Shown: piece after piece, positions 44,297 through 52,382 of the stretch | Numbering within the stretch: position 1 is the stretch's first letter | Layout: the number at the start of each line of letters is the position of its first letter | IMG/VR virus record: IMGVR_UViG_2799112719_000001 | Direction: 5' to 3' (one strand) | Origin: a virus | DNA: 64,000 nt | Translations under genes and position numbers: made by a program | The notes under the pieces: model-generated | The model's database searches: none | What the model was told of the DNA's origin: nothing | Seen by the model: only the letters and a program-made list of their open reading frames with translations

Positions 44297-44787
44297 TGGC
44301 AAACAGAACACAGCAGAATCCAGTAGTCAGCTCCGATGAGTGGTACACCCCTCGTTGGGTTGTGGACGAACTCGGCCCGTTTGACCTTGATCCATGTGCG
44401 CCTATGCAACCTCCATACGAGATTGCGCCGTTGTCGTTCAATAAGGAGCAGGATGGATTGAGTCAGACGTGGCCGGACGCTGCTGTTGTGTTTATGAATC
44501 CACCTTATAGCCGTCCGCTGCTGCGTCCGTTTGTTGAGAAGCTGGCAGAGCATGGCAATGGTATCGCATTGCTGAAGAATCAGGTGGATAATCTGCTGTT
44601 CCAGGAAGTCGTTTTTGCTCGTGCCACCTCGATGCTCTTCATGCGTCATCGCATCAAGTTCATTACACCTGATGGCACCACCGGCTCCCCGTTCTTTGGC
44701 TCGGTGCTTGTGGCTTTTGGCCATGAATGTGACCGCCGCTTGCGCCGATCTTCCATCCCAGGAAAGTATGTTGTATTAAATATGTAA
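44296..44787 (+). CDS. Phage Dam-like DNA N6-adenine methyltransferase
   Basis: DEWYTP, FDLDPCA and the FMNPPYS catalytic motif. Confidence 0.8.
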   Translation: MANRTQQNPVVSSDEWYTPRWVVDELGPFDLDPCAPMQPPYEIAPLSFNKEQDGLSQTWPDAAVVFMNPPYSRPLLRPFVEKLAEHGNGIALLKNQVDNLLFQEVVFARATSMLFMRHRIKFITPDGTTGSPFFGSVLVAFGHECDRRLRRSSIPGKYVVLNM

Positions 44788-44812
44788 TTGTATTAACAAA
44801 ATTGTTTTAATT

Positions 44813-45211
44813 ATGGAAGCATTTGATTTTATCAAAAAAGAGTTGCCAGACGTATTACTGGCTAAATTGGATTTTGACGTAGTTCTTTCAAAGCGTCAAG
44901 TGGTCGAGAAAATCTCGGCATTGGAGCCTACTTTTGGAGGCATGGCCGTCCATTACGAAAACCATGGGCGTAGAGTAGAAATTATTTGGAGCAAGGCACT
45001 CCAGGAGAAATGGGCCGACCGTCTGAATGCCGGTCAAAAGGTGCGCTACATTCAAAAGAATAGCAAAGGACAGGTTATGAAACCCCAATGCCGTGATGGT
45101 GTTCTTTCTGAGTCTGGTGTCTTCTGGGTTGGCACAGATCGTTGTGTGTATGCTGATTTTGGCGAAGGCTCTGAAGCCTACGACATTACTCATATAGAAC
45201 CAGCTGAATAG
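44813..45211 (+). CDS. hypothetical protein
   Basis: 132-aa ORF. Confidence 0.55.
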   Translation: MEAFDFIKKELPDVLLAKLDFDVVLSKRQVVEKISALEPTFGGMAVHYENHGRRVEIIWSKALQEKWADRLNAGQKVRYIQKNSKGQVMKPQCRDGVLSESGVFWVGTDRCVYADFGEGSEAYDITHIEPAE

Positions 45212-45213
45212 TT

Positions 45214-45537
45214 ATGCCCTACGGAGTCTGTAAAGTTTGTGGATGCACAGACAATGATCCGTGTCACAATCCGTCGCACGGTAATTGCTGGTGGGTGGAT
45301 GATTCCCATGAGCTGTGTAGCCATTGTGCTGATAAGACGATTGCGGATGATCCTGCAACTCAGCATTGCATCAACAGCAAGGGCTTTGACCCCTACCCTG
45401 GTATTGATCGTAAAGACCTTGCATCCCTCGGCTGTCCTTTTCCTGATGATACTGGAGATATGTGTAGTGAATGCTCTCACATGAGTTTTTCCAGCGTGTT
45501 TACAGGAGAATGTGATTTAGGTATAAAAATTAGATAA
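45214..45537 (+). CDS. Cys-rich (probable Zn-binding) protein
   Basis: CKVCGCTDNDPCHNPSHGNCWW...LCSHC, plus a second CSEC pair. Confidence 0.55.
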   Translation: MPYGVCKVCGCTDNDPCHNPSHGNCWWVDDSHELCSHCADKTIADDPATQHCINSKGFDPYPGIDRKDLASLGCPFPDDTGDMCSECSHMSFSSVFTGECDLGIKIR

Positions 45538-45554
45538 TTAAAGAATATCAGGTA

Positions 45555-46370
45555 ATGAATAGATATATTTGTCGTGCAAAGGCCGTTGAAGATGGCCGTT
45601 GGGTGGTAGGTGAGCCGCATATCATGTCCTTACAACCGCACATCCATATTTCACCTTTGGAGTCTGTCAGGATAGATCCTAATACGCTTGGAAGGTTTAC
45701 AGAATGGCGTGATAAGAACGGTAAGCCTATCTTTGAGGGTGATATCCTGTCACTAATACTTCCTGATGGTAGTGGCCGTTTGTTTATCGTAGAATGGCAA
45801 CGTCAGATTAGACATTTGGAGTCTTTGAAAGACTTTGAGCCAGACGGTAATCCCGTAGAGATTAGCGGATGGTGTTTCACCTGGGGTAAGCATCGACTAT
45901 TGCCATCGTATATCGGCGAGGTGCCCGACTATAAGCGTATGGAGATCGTCGGCAATATCCATGATAACAGTGACATGCTGACTGATGAAAACGAGGCTAA
46001 GATTACTGGTCAGCGTGAACTCATCGGTAATACTTGCTGTCTCTCAAACAAACCTGGTGTGCAGGTCTTCATGTATGACCTGAAGGATGACAATGGCAGT
46101 TGGTTGGCCCGTTGTTTCCTCACTTCTGATGGTGTCTATATGTCCTACTCTGAATGGGGTAATTTCTTCCACTACTTTATGGCTCCTGGTAAGGATGGTA
46201 TTCGTAAGTTTATGCTTGGTATTAGCGACGGCTACTTTGCCAACAAGCTCTGTGAAGTGGAATGGAATACGGCACCGACAAAGGTAGCTGCTGCTGCCAA
46301 GCGTCATGCAAAGTATGTCCTGCCGGTACTCCAGCAGGCTATTCGTGAACAGTTGGAACAGGAAGGGTGA
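45555..46370 (+). CDS. YopX-domain protein with C-terminal extension
   Basis: LGRFTEWRDKNGKPIFEGDILS...IVGNIHDN. Confidence 0.65.
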   Translation: MNRYICRAKAVEDGRWVVGEPHIMSLQPHIHISPLESVRIDPNTLGRFTEWRDKNGKPIFEGDILSLILPDGSGRLFIVEWQRQIRHLESLKDFEPDGNPVEISGWCFTWGKHRLLPSYIGEVPDYKRMEIVGNIHDNSDMLTDENEAKITGQRELIGNTCCLSNKPGVQVFMYDLKDDNGSWLARCFLTSDGVYMSYSEWGNFFHYFMAPGKDGIRKFMLGISDGYFANKLCEVEWNTAPTKVAAAAKRHAKYVLPVLQQAIREQLEQEG

Positions 46371-46374
46371 CTAT

Positions 46375-46650
46375 ATGGTAGAAGAATCTCTTTGGGGTGT
46401 GTCGCTCTCAATGGCAGCAAAAGAGTTGCCGATGACTGAGAGTGTTCTGGCACAGACGATACAGAGTATGCGGATCTGTCAGCAGAAGTATAAGGAGGAT
46501 GAGCCTGAGTTCGACCGTCTGAATCATTTGATAACAATGGTTGGTGGTATCTCCTATATGATGCAGGGAGTTGAAGCAGCTTTGAATGCTATGGTGATTG
46601 ATATGCTGAAAGAGTATAAACAGATGAAAGAGAAAGTATCTCACGAATGA
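46375..46650 (+). CDS. hypothetical protein
   Basis: Start placed at the ATG (MVEESLWG), 5 nt after the upstream stop. Confidence 0.5.
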   Translation: MVEESLWGVSLSMAAKELPMTESVLAQTIQSMRICQQKYKEDEPEFDRLNHLITMVGGISYMMQGVEAALNAMVIDMLKEYKQMKEKVSHE

Positions 46651-46907
46651 TGGATCAACTGGTTTATATAGTAGTAGTTTACGGCTATCTGTTGCCGACA
46701 ATCATTTTGTTTGTCGATTTCCTTTGGCATGTCTGCTGTAAGGTGAAAAAGGGCGAGAGATTTTATAGTGGTTATATGAAGAAACAGATGATGATGTTTG
46801 TTCCCTGTTTCAACTACTTCTGGGCGTTATTTACTCTCCTTGATTGGCTTGATGCCATTGGTCGTTTCTTACAAAAATATCTTCCAGGACTAAAAAATAT
46901 AAACTGA
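46647..46907 (+). CDS. small membrane protein
   Basis: Two hydrophobic helices and a 4-nt overlap with the upstream gene. Confidence 0.5.
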   Translation: MMDQLVYIVVVYGYLLPTIILFVDFLWHVCCKVKKGERFYSGYMKKQMMMFVPCFNYFWALFTLLDWLDAIGRFLQKYLPGLKNIN

Positions 46908-46916
46908 ATTTTAATT

Positions 46917-47474
46917 ATGTCTGAGACTAAAAAACATTATCGTGTCTATATGGCCCTGGACCTCGTGACAGAGGATGAGGGCAGGACATTGGCCATGGTG
47001 AATGTTATGCGTATGTCGAATGAACCGGCACCATTGCCTATGATGACACAGTTCATGGGTGGCATGTCAAACCTGGCTCCAAAGGTGATGGTGGTGCAGC
47101 AGCCTACGCATGGCAAAACAAACCAGCGTACAGGTGTTGATCCTGACCTTGATTGTGATGACTTTGAACGTGGAGAGCCTGAAGGCTATTGTGATGGTAT
47201 GGGACATTACCATTGTGATGAATGTAAGTGGCGTAGTCAGGAGTCGATTAACCAAAAGCACGAGGACTTCATGCGTCATCAGAACCATAAAAAGGAATGG
47301 CCGAAGATTAAAGCCATTGTTATTGATTCTGGCGAAGAGGTAATGGTCGATGACCATGCTATTGATTTCTTTGGAACCAGTTATTATAACATGTGGCATA
47401 ATACAGCAAATGGTATGACATACCATGACGATGACCTGGAATTTATCGACGAAAGACTGCAAAAAACAACATGA
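46917..47474 (+). CDS. hypothetical protein (Cys/His-rich centre)
   Basis: 185 aa. CDDFERGEPEGYCDGMGHYHCDECKW. Confidence 0.55.
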   Translation: MSETKKHYRVYMALDLVTEDEGRTLAMVNVMRMSNEPAPLPMMTQFMGGMSNLAPKVMVVQQPTHGKTNQRTGVDPDLDCDDFERGEPEGYCDGMGHYHCDECKWRSQESINQKHEDFMRHQNHKKEWPKIKAIVIDSGEEVMVDDHAIDFFGTSYYNMWHNTANGMTYHDDDLEFIDERLQKTT

Positions 47475-47709
47475 CTATGAATCAGTATAATGTATCGGGG
47501 GGGTAAAATCGCCCTTCAGAGGGAATGGACTAAGCCGTACTGCTATGCTCTTTAAGATAGCAACATTGGCAGGTCATAAGTTGACTGTTCCCGAAATGAA
47601 TAAGTTTAAGAATGTCAATCCTCGGAGTCTTGAACGTGTGTATAACGAAGTGATCCGCATGGGTGATTCTGGTAATGCCATGTTTGCCCTACGATTGATA
47701 CTGAAATAA
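47471..47709 (+). CDS. small hypothetical protein, out of frame at G7 (47497-47503)
   Basis: MTMNQYNVSGG/VKSPFRGNGLSRTAMLFKIATLAGHKLTVPEMNKFKNVNPRSLERVYNEVIRMGDSGNAMFALRLILK. In frame at G8. ATGA overlap with the upstream stop. Confidence 0.45.
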
Positions 47710-47717
47710 AAAATGAA

Positions 47718-48344
47718 ATGAAACGTAAACGTATATATATTTCTGGTCCTATCACTGGCACAACGGATTATAAAGAGCGTTTTGCTGCCGCTGCTGACTT
47801 TCTCCGTAAAGGTGGTTATAAACCCGTGAATCCTACGACGATGTTCGGATGGTTCCAGTTTATCTTTGAGAAGTGTCCCTATCGGCTTCAGGTGCTCATT
47901 GACTGTCTCGTGCTTTCTACTTGTAAGGGAATTTACTTGATGAATAATTGGCGGTCATCGGCTGGGGCAACGCTTGAAAAAGCTGTGGCAGATTTTTTAA
48001 TGCTGGAATTGAATACACAGACTTCTGTAAGATACCCAGGTTTACAATCTCCAGTTTCCGTTTCTCCTTCTGAGGTTTTTAAGGGTGAGACTCTTCATGT
48101 TTTTATTGATGACTTCAGAATTTGGATGGGGATGGATGACGCATGGCATTTGCGCATAAATATGTGTGCGCATGAGGTGCGAGAAAACAATCCTGTTACT
48201 TTCGTTGTCCGTTGTGATGATTATCCTTATATTACTGATATGTTGAAGCAAATAGCAAAGAAGCATGAGGGTGAAGGTTTCCTTCCATTTCGTGCAGAGA
48301 TACGATACACTGGCTCTGATTATTACTTCTATACTGAAATATGA
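47718..48344 (+). CDS. DUF4406 / nucleoside 2-deoxyribosyltransferase-like N-domain protein
   Basis: RIYISGPITGTTDYKERFAAAADFLRKGGYKPVNP matches the DUF4406 pattern. Confidence 0.5.
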   Translation: MKRKRIYISGPITGTTDYKERFAAAADFLRKGGYKPVNPTTMFGWFQFIFEKCPYRLQVLIDCLVLSTCKGIYLMNNWRSSAGATLEKAVADFLMLELNTQTSVRYPGLQSPVSVSPSEVFKGETLHVFIDDFRIWMGMDDAWHLRINMCAHEVRENNPVTFVVRCDDYPYITDMLKQIAKKHEGEGFLPFRAEIRYTGSDYYFYTEI

Positions 48345-48529
48345 CAAAATATAGTAGCAAAGATATTCTTCGGCTTCATAAGAAGTCTGTTGACAAAGCC
48401 ATCCGTGATATCTATAACATACGGCCTACTGGTGATCCTAACAAGGATTTCGACGGCTTTCATACTATCATTGAAAAAGATATAGCAGAAAATGAAAATC
48501 TCTATCCTGCATCTGGTCCTGAAGTGTAA
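48341..48529 (+). CDS. hypothetical protein
   Basis: 62-aa ORF with a 4-nt overlap. Confidence 0.45.
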   Translation: MTKYSSKDILRLHKKSVDKAIRDIYNIRPTGDPNKDFDGFHTIIEKDIAENENLYPASGPEV

Positions 48530-48788
48530 GTGGTACGACATGATAGCTGCTGGCATCAAGACAGAAGAGTATCGTGCCATGACTCCATATTGGAAGAAAC
48601 GCCTCGCAAAACATTATACGCACGTTTGTTTCCATCGGGCCTATACATCTACGACTATATATGTAGAACTGAATGGTATCACTGAGGGTTATGGTAAACC
48701 TGAATGGGGTGCAAAGAATGAGGTTACACACATTTTGCACCTCGGTAAGCAGGAATCTTGTATCTGGAAATATATCAATCATCAATAA
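48492..48788 (+). CDS. ASCH-domain-like protein
   Basis: LVLKCKWYDMIAAGIKTEEYR resembles the ASCH N-terminal strand-helix motif. Confidence 0.45.
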   Translation: MKISILHLVLKCKWYDMIAAGIKTEEYRAMTPYWKKRLAKHYTHVCFHRAYTSTTIYVELNGITEGYGKPEWGAKNEVTHILHLGKQESCIWKYINHQ

Positions 48789-48801
48789 AAAGAAAAAAAC
48801 T

Positions 48802-49701
48802 ATGGCAAAATTTCAAGATGTAATCGAATGTCTGAAAAAGGGTGGTTCTGCCCGTCGTATTTCGTGGACTGATAACTGCGAAATCATCCGTCAAATTCCG
48901 CAGTGTATCTCAAAGGACATCGTGCCTAAGATGACCTCATTGCCTGCAAGTATCAAACCAAAAATCAGCACTGTTGGCTCTGGTGAAATCTCATACCATG
49001 ACCAGGTAATCGTCATTACATTTGTCGATGATGAAAAGACTCCTGCCAGTGCCACATACTTCATCCCCACATGGGAAGATATCTTTGCTGAAGACTGGTC
49101 CTGTCTGACACCTGCCGATGAGCCTGAAACGGAAGAAAAAACCCCTGTGCTTGAAGCGTCAGCTTCGAGTGAAGACCAGCAGCCGGTCATCGACACCTCT
49201 ATTCCCGTCACTATGCGCATCAAGACTTACGAGGATGCCTTTAATGAGGTAAACATCCGTGCCATGCAGGGTGATAAGGTGGCCGAAAAACTCATTAAGG
49301 ATTTGCAGTTCAATTCGCCTTACACAGACGATCTGCTGGCATACATCAAGCTCCGCATTATCACCTATGCCATCAATGAGGGCTGGGAACCTCAGTTCGT
49401 TGTTGATGAGTATCGCTACTGGCCTTGGTTCTGGCTCTATACACAGCAGGAGATAGACGCTATGAACGAAGCGGAGCGTTCTAAGCTGCTGCTCGTCGGG
49501 GGTGCCGCGGATAGCGGTGCGCTTTGCGGTCTCGCTTTTGCGATCTCGAATCGCGCTTTCTCGGGCTCGCACACGTTCATCGGTGCTCGCCTGGCCTTCA
49601 AGTCTCGTGAACTTGCAGAGTATGCTGGTCGCCAGTTTATTGAGCTTTGGGCGGCTTTCTCATTCAAACCTGTTGTGAATGGCCATGGCAAAGGAAAATA
49701 A
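48802..49701 (+). CDS. DUF2829/Tad2-like N-domain fused to a C-terminal lectin-like domain carrying a DGR-type variable cassette
   Basis: Start at MAKFQDVIECLKKGGSARRISW...ISYHDQVIVI...IPTWEDIFAEDW (DUF2829 pattern). The C-terminus LLLVGGAADSGALCGLAFAISNRAFSGSHTFIGARLAF is paralogous to 63801-63916. Confidence 0.6.
   Translation: MAKFQDVIECLKKGGSARRISWTDNCEIIRQIPQCISKDIVPKMTSLPASIKPKISTVGSGEISYHDQVIVITFVDDEKTPASATYFIPTWEDIFAEDWSCLTPADEPETEEKTPVLEASASSEDQQPVIDTSIPVTMRIKTYEDAFNEVNIRAMQGDKVAEKLIKDLQFNSPYTDDLLAYIKLRIITYAINEGWEPQFVVDEYRYWPWFWLYTQQEIDAMNEAERSKLLLVGGAADSGALCGLAFAISNRAFSGSHTFIGARLAFKSRELAEYAGRQFIELWAAFSFKPVVNGHGKGK
49484..49599 (+). repeat. 116-nt variable-region-like cassette, copy 1
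   Basis: 100/116 identical to 63801-63916, with no similarity in the flanks. Rich in GCG/TCG/CTC codons. Confidence 0.8.
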
Positions 49702-49945
49702 ACCGTCGCTTGATCCCAAGGGGATGTTGCTCTTGCAAATCACTCAGCTGTTTCAGAAAAACAATATCGACCCGAATTTATCGGTGGAGGTGATGGCTGA
49801 AATGCTGATGCAGTTGTTTGTCGGAATGCAGGTGCTCACAACGGAAGACATTAACCCGCAGGTCCAGGCTTTCTTTGACAGAATGAAAGCAAAGGCCGCT
49901 GAAGTGTTACCTAAAATAGTTGCTGAGAGAAACAAAGCATCGTAA
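49679..49945 (+). CDS. hypothetical protein
   Basis: 88-aa ORF. Confidence 0.5.
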   Translation: MAMAKENKPSLDPKGMLLLQITQLFQKNNIDPNLSVEVMAEMLMQLFVGMQVLTTEDINPQVQAFFDRMKAKAAEVLPKIVAERNKAS

Positions 49946-49959
49946 TAAAATTATCTGTT

Positions 49960-50796
49960 ATGTTGAGAAAAGACTATATCAAAAAGAAGGTGGCCCCAAA
50001 GGAGGGCATCGGCATGTTCCTGGCAGAGCGTGTACTGAAGACCTGGCATGAGGACTTCGTGGATCAGGACACCCAGGAAATAGTGAGCATAGAACGTAAC
50101 GAAGTGCTCTATGACCGTGACAAGAAAGTGGACTCTAAGATGGCAAAGGACATTGAAGAGTATGGCATCACTGAGATCTGCGTCACCAACACCCCTGGCC
50201 GTGCAGAGGAACTAAGAACTTTCTGCCGTCTCGGTCATGTAAAGGTGACGATGAAGGGTATCACAAAGACGGGTGTGGTCATCTGTCGTGCAGAGTCCAT
50301 TCGTCAGGCTATGGACCTTGCAGCCGATTATACAGAGGGAGCCACCGAGGAAGTGTTTGGCGAGCATTGCAGTAATTTCCATATTACCGATGTGGAGATT
50401 CTTAATGACATTACCTTTATCGGACGCACAGCAGCCGACATCAAGGCAGAACAGGAAGCCTTGGAAAAGGATAAGGATGCACCCGTAAAGATGCCGTTTA
50501 AGGTGCTGGCTACCTATGCCCGTGCTGAAGAGTGGATTGAGAATACCAGCAACAAGGATGCCTGGGTCAAGAAACGTAAGTTTGTGGCATGGGCACATGA
50601 TATTAAGGATGCGCGTAACATTGTTACGGCATGGATTAAGAAGGATGTTGAAACAGAGGTAGGCGAAAACAATCGTGAGACGCTGGTCATCGTGGCCGCT
50701 ACACCATTCACCGTGCATACCTATCTGCCGGCATCTGTTTGTAATGAGTATATCGAACATCCAGAGCTTCGTCTATCTACCGAGGCTGAAGAGTAG
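49960..50796 (+). CDS. hypothetical protein
   Basis: 278-aa ORF. Confidence 0.6.
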   Translation: MLRKDYIKKKVAPKEGIGMFLAERVLKTWHEDFVDQDTQEIVSIERNEVLYDRDKKVDSKMAKDIEEYGITEICVTNTPGRAEELRTFCRLGHVKVTMKGITKTGVVICRAESIRQAMDLAADYTEGATEEVFGEHCSNFHITDVEILNDITFIGRTAADIKAEQEALEKDKDAPVKMPFKVLATYARAEEWIENTSNKDAWVKKRKFVAWAHDIKDARNIVTAWIKKDVETEVGENNRETLVIVAATPFTVHTYLPASVCNEYIEHPELRLSTEAEE

Positions 50797-50808
50797 TATC
50801 TTTGCACT

Positions 50809-51546
50809 ATGGCTAACATCTATTTACGCACGTCACGTTATGTCGCCGCATTTATGCGGGCTACTGGTGATGGAAACTCGTTACCAATGACAACACCCAT
50901 TGAGTTTTCACCATATACTCCTGAGTATGTGGTGTTGACCAATGGGCTGCGTATCATACCTGAGAAACAACAGCATCGTGCATCGTGCTACTCACAGTCA
51001 GCATGGCAGAACATGCTCCGTGGCCGTCTGCCGAATGGTGGTAAACCGATCATTGTCCGTGACCCATCGGAGTATCTGACCTATGCCGAGGTGTGTACGC
51101 TGGAGGCTTTGACCAACAAAACGAAGACAGATGCCTACGAGTTCCTATGTATTGCTACTCCGCGAGAGATCTGCATCGACGGCCATGTGCAGCGCGTCTA
51201 TAAGTCGCATACGCTCGATACCAGGGCCGCACAGCAGCTTCGGGAACTGTTGCGAAATACATTCATTCGTACTTTCCTCGATTTCTCTACCCGCAACAAA
51301 GTGTTTGCACAGTCTAACGGTATTCACCGTTCAAACATTGAGGTGCTGGAGCGTTTTCTCATGGCATACGATATTCCCGTGTCGCATGATAAGAATGAGC
51401 GTAGTACCCTGCGCCGACTCATACAACGATGGAAAAAGGAGGCTGAATATATGGCAAAGTCACCGGCCATTATCAATGATGAGCTGGTGACGCGCATCGA
51501 CAAACACGAAATATACGGTGGACTACCCAAATATGATGATGATTAA
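50809..51546 (+). CDS. hypothetical protein
   Basis: 245-aa ORF. Confidence 0.6.
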   Translation: MANIYLRTSRYVAAFMRATGDGNSLPMTTPIEFSPYTPEYVVLTNGLRIIPEKQQHRASCYSQSAWQNMLRGRLPNGGKPIIVRDPSEYLTYAEVCTLEALTNKTKTDAYEFLCIATPREICIDGHVQRVYKSHTLDTRAAQQLRELLRNTFIRTFLDFSTRNKVFAQSNGIHRSNIEVLERFLMAYDIPVSHDKNERSTLRRLIQRWKKEAEYMAKSPAIINDELVTRIDKHEIYGGLPKYDDD

Positions 51547-51734
51547 CGATGATAATTAACAATGAAAGGAAAGTATATAAAAAGTAGAAATCACTTGTTA
51601 AAATATGATAAATAATGAGGTATTTTCGCGTTTTTTATGGTCACAGCGTGTCCGCGTCTATTTCGTCACTTTCGCCAGTCCAGTGTGCTGTCATTATATG
51701 ACAGCCCCTATAAATCAATAAAACCCAAAGAGAT

Positions 51735-52226
51735 ATGAATAATCAAGAATGCAAAGAATTGATGCTCGATGCCATTGTCCGCGTCGATGTCTATCTGGCG
51801 AGTCAGTGTAACATCACACTGCCGCCATCTGTTTCGTTGGCCAGTTTGAACATGACGGTTTCTACTTTCGGTACAGCTGCTTTTTCTGCTGCACTGTCTG
51901 ACAGTGCGGTTGTGATGTTGAAAGAAGAGCCGTCGTTAAAGGTGAAAAATGGCCGTCAGGCCGCTGGAAACGTCTATACACATGAGCTGCAAGTGCCTGT
52001 GTTAGTGGAGCGTGATAGAGCAGAAGCCCTGGTGCAGACGCTTTTAGGTCAGGACTTCCATGTGGTCTATACTCGTGCTGATGGCTCAAAGGATTTTTCT
52101 TTCTCCCTCCCTGGTGCTGCCACCTGCGACATAGAGGAAAGCCATTCTACTGCGACTTCGACAACGCTAAAATTCAAAATCCTGTCTTCGAGCCAAACTA
52201 TCAAGCTCATTCCTCCTTCTGCTTAA
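51735..52226 (+). CDS. hypothetical structural-module protein
   Basis: 163-aa ORF followed by a hairpin terminator. Confidence 0.55.
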   Translation: MNNQECKELMLDAIVRVDVYLASQCNITLPPSVSLASLNMTVSTFGTAAFSAALSDSAVVMLKEEPSLKVKNGRQAAGNVYTHELQVPVLVERDRAEALVQTLLGQDFHVVYTRADGSKDFSFSLPGAATCDIEESHSTATSTTLKFKILSSSQTIKLIPPSA

Positions 52227-52256
52227 TATATATAATAAGGTATAGCCCTATCTCTT

Positions 52257-52286
52257 ATGCCCGCTGGTTTCCCCAGCGGGTTTTTT
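52257..52286 (+). terminator. Conserved hairpin, family copy 5, with T-tract
   Basis: ATGCCCGCTGG-TTTCC-CCAGCGGGTTTTTT. Confidence 0.65.
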
Positions 52287-52348
52287 GTTTCCCCGAAATC
52301 GCGTTTTACAGCGAGAAATAGCGTCCATTCCCTATCCTCTGTGTTATC

Positions 52349-52356
52349 TACCTTTG
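52349..52356 (+). promoter_or_regulatory. -7 box TAccTTTG upstream of the protease gene
   Basis: Lies 27 nt upstream of the ATG at 52383. Confidence 0.4.
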
Positions 52357-52382
52357 CGAGTAGAATAAAATTCGCAAAAGAT

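Noticed and set aside
52257-52382. Track start codon at 52257 for the protease ORF
   Set aside because: That ATG lies inside the terminator hairpin of the upstream gene. The ATG at 52383 follows a TAccTTTG box and gives a sensible N-terminus.
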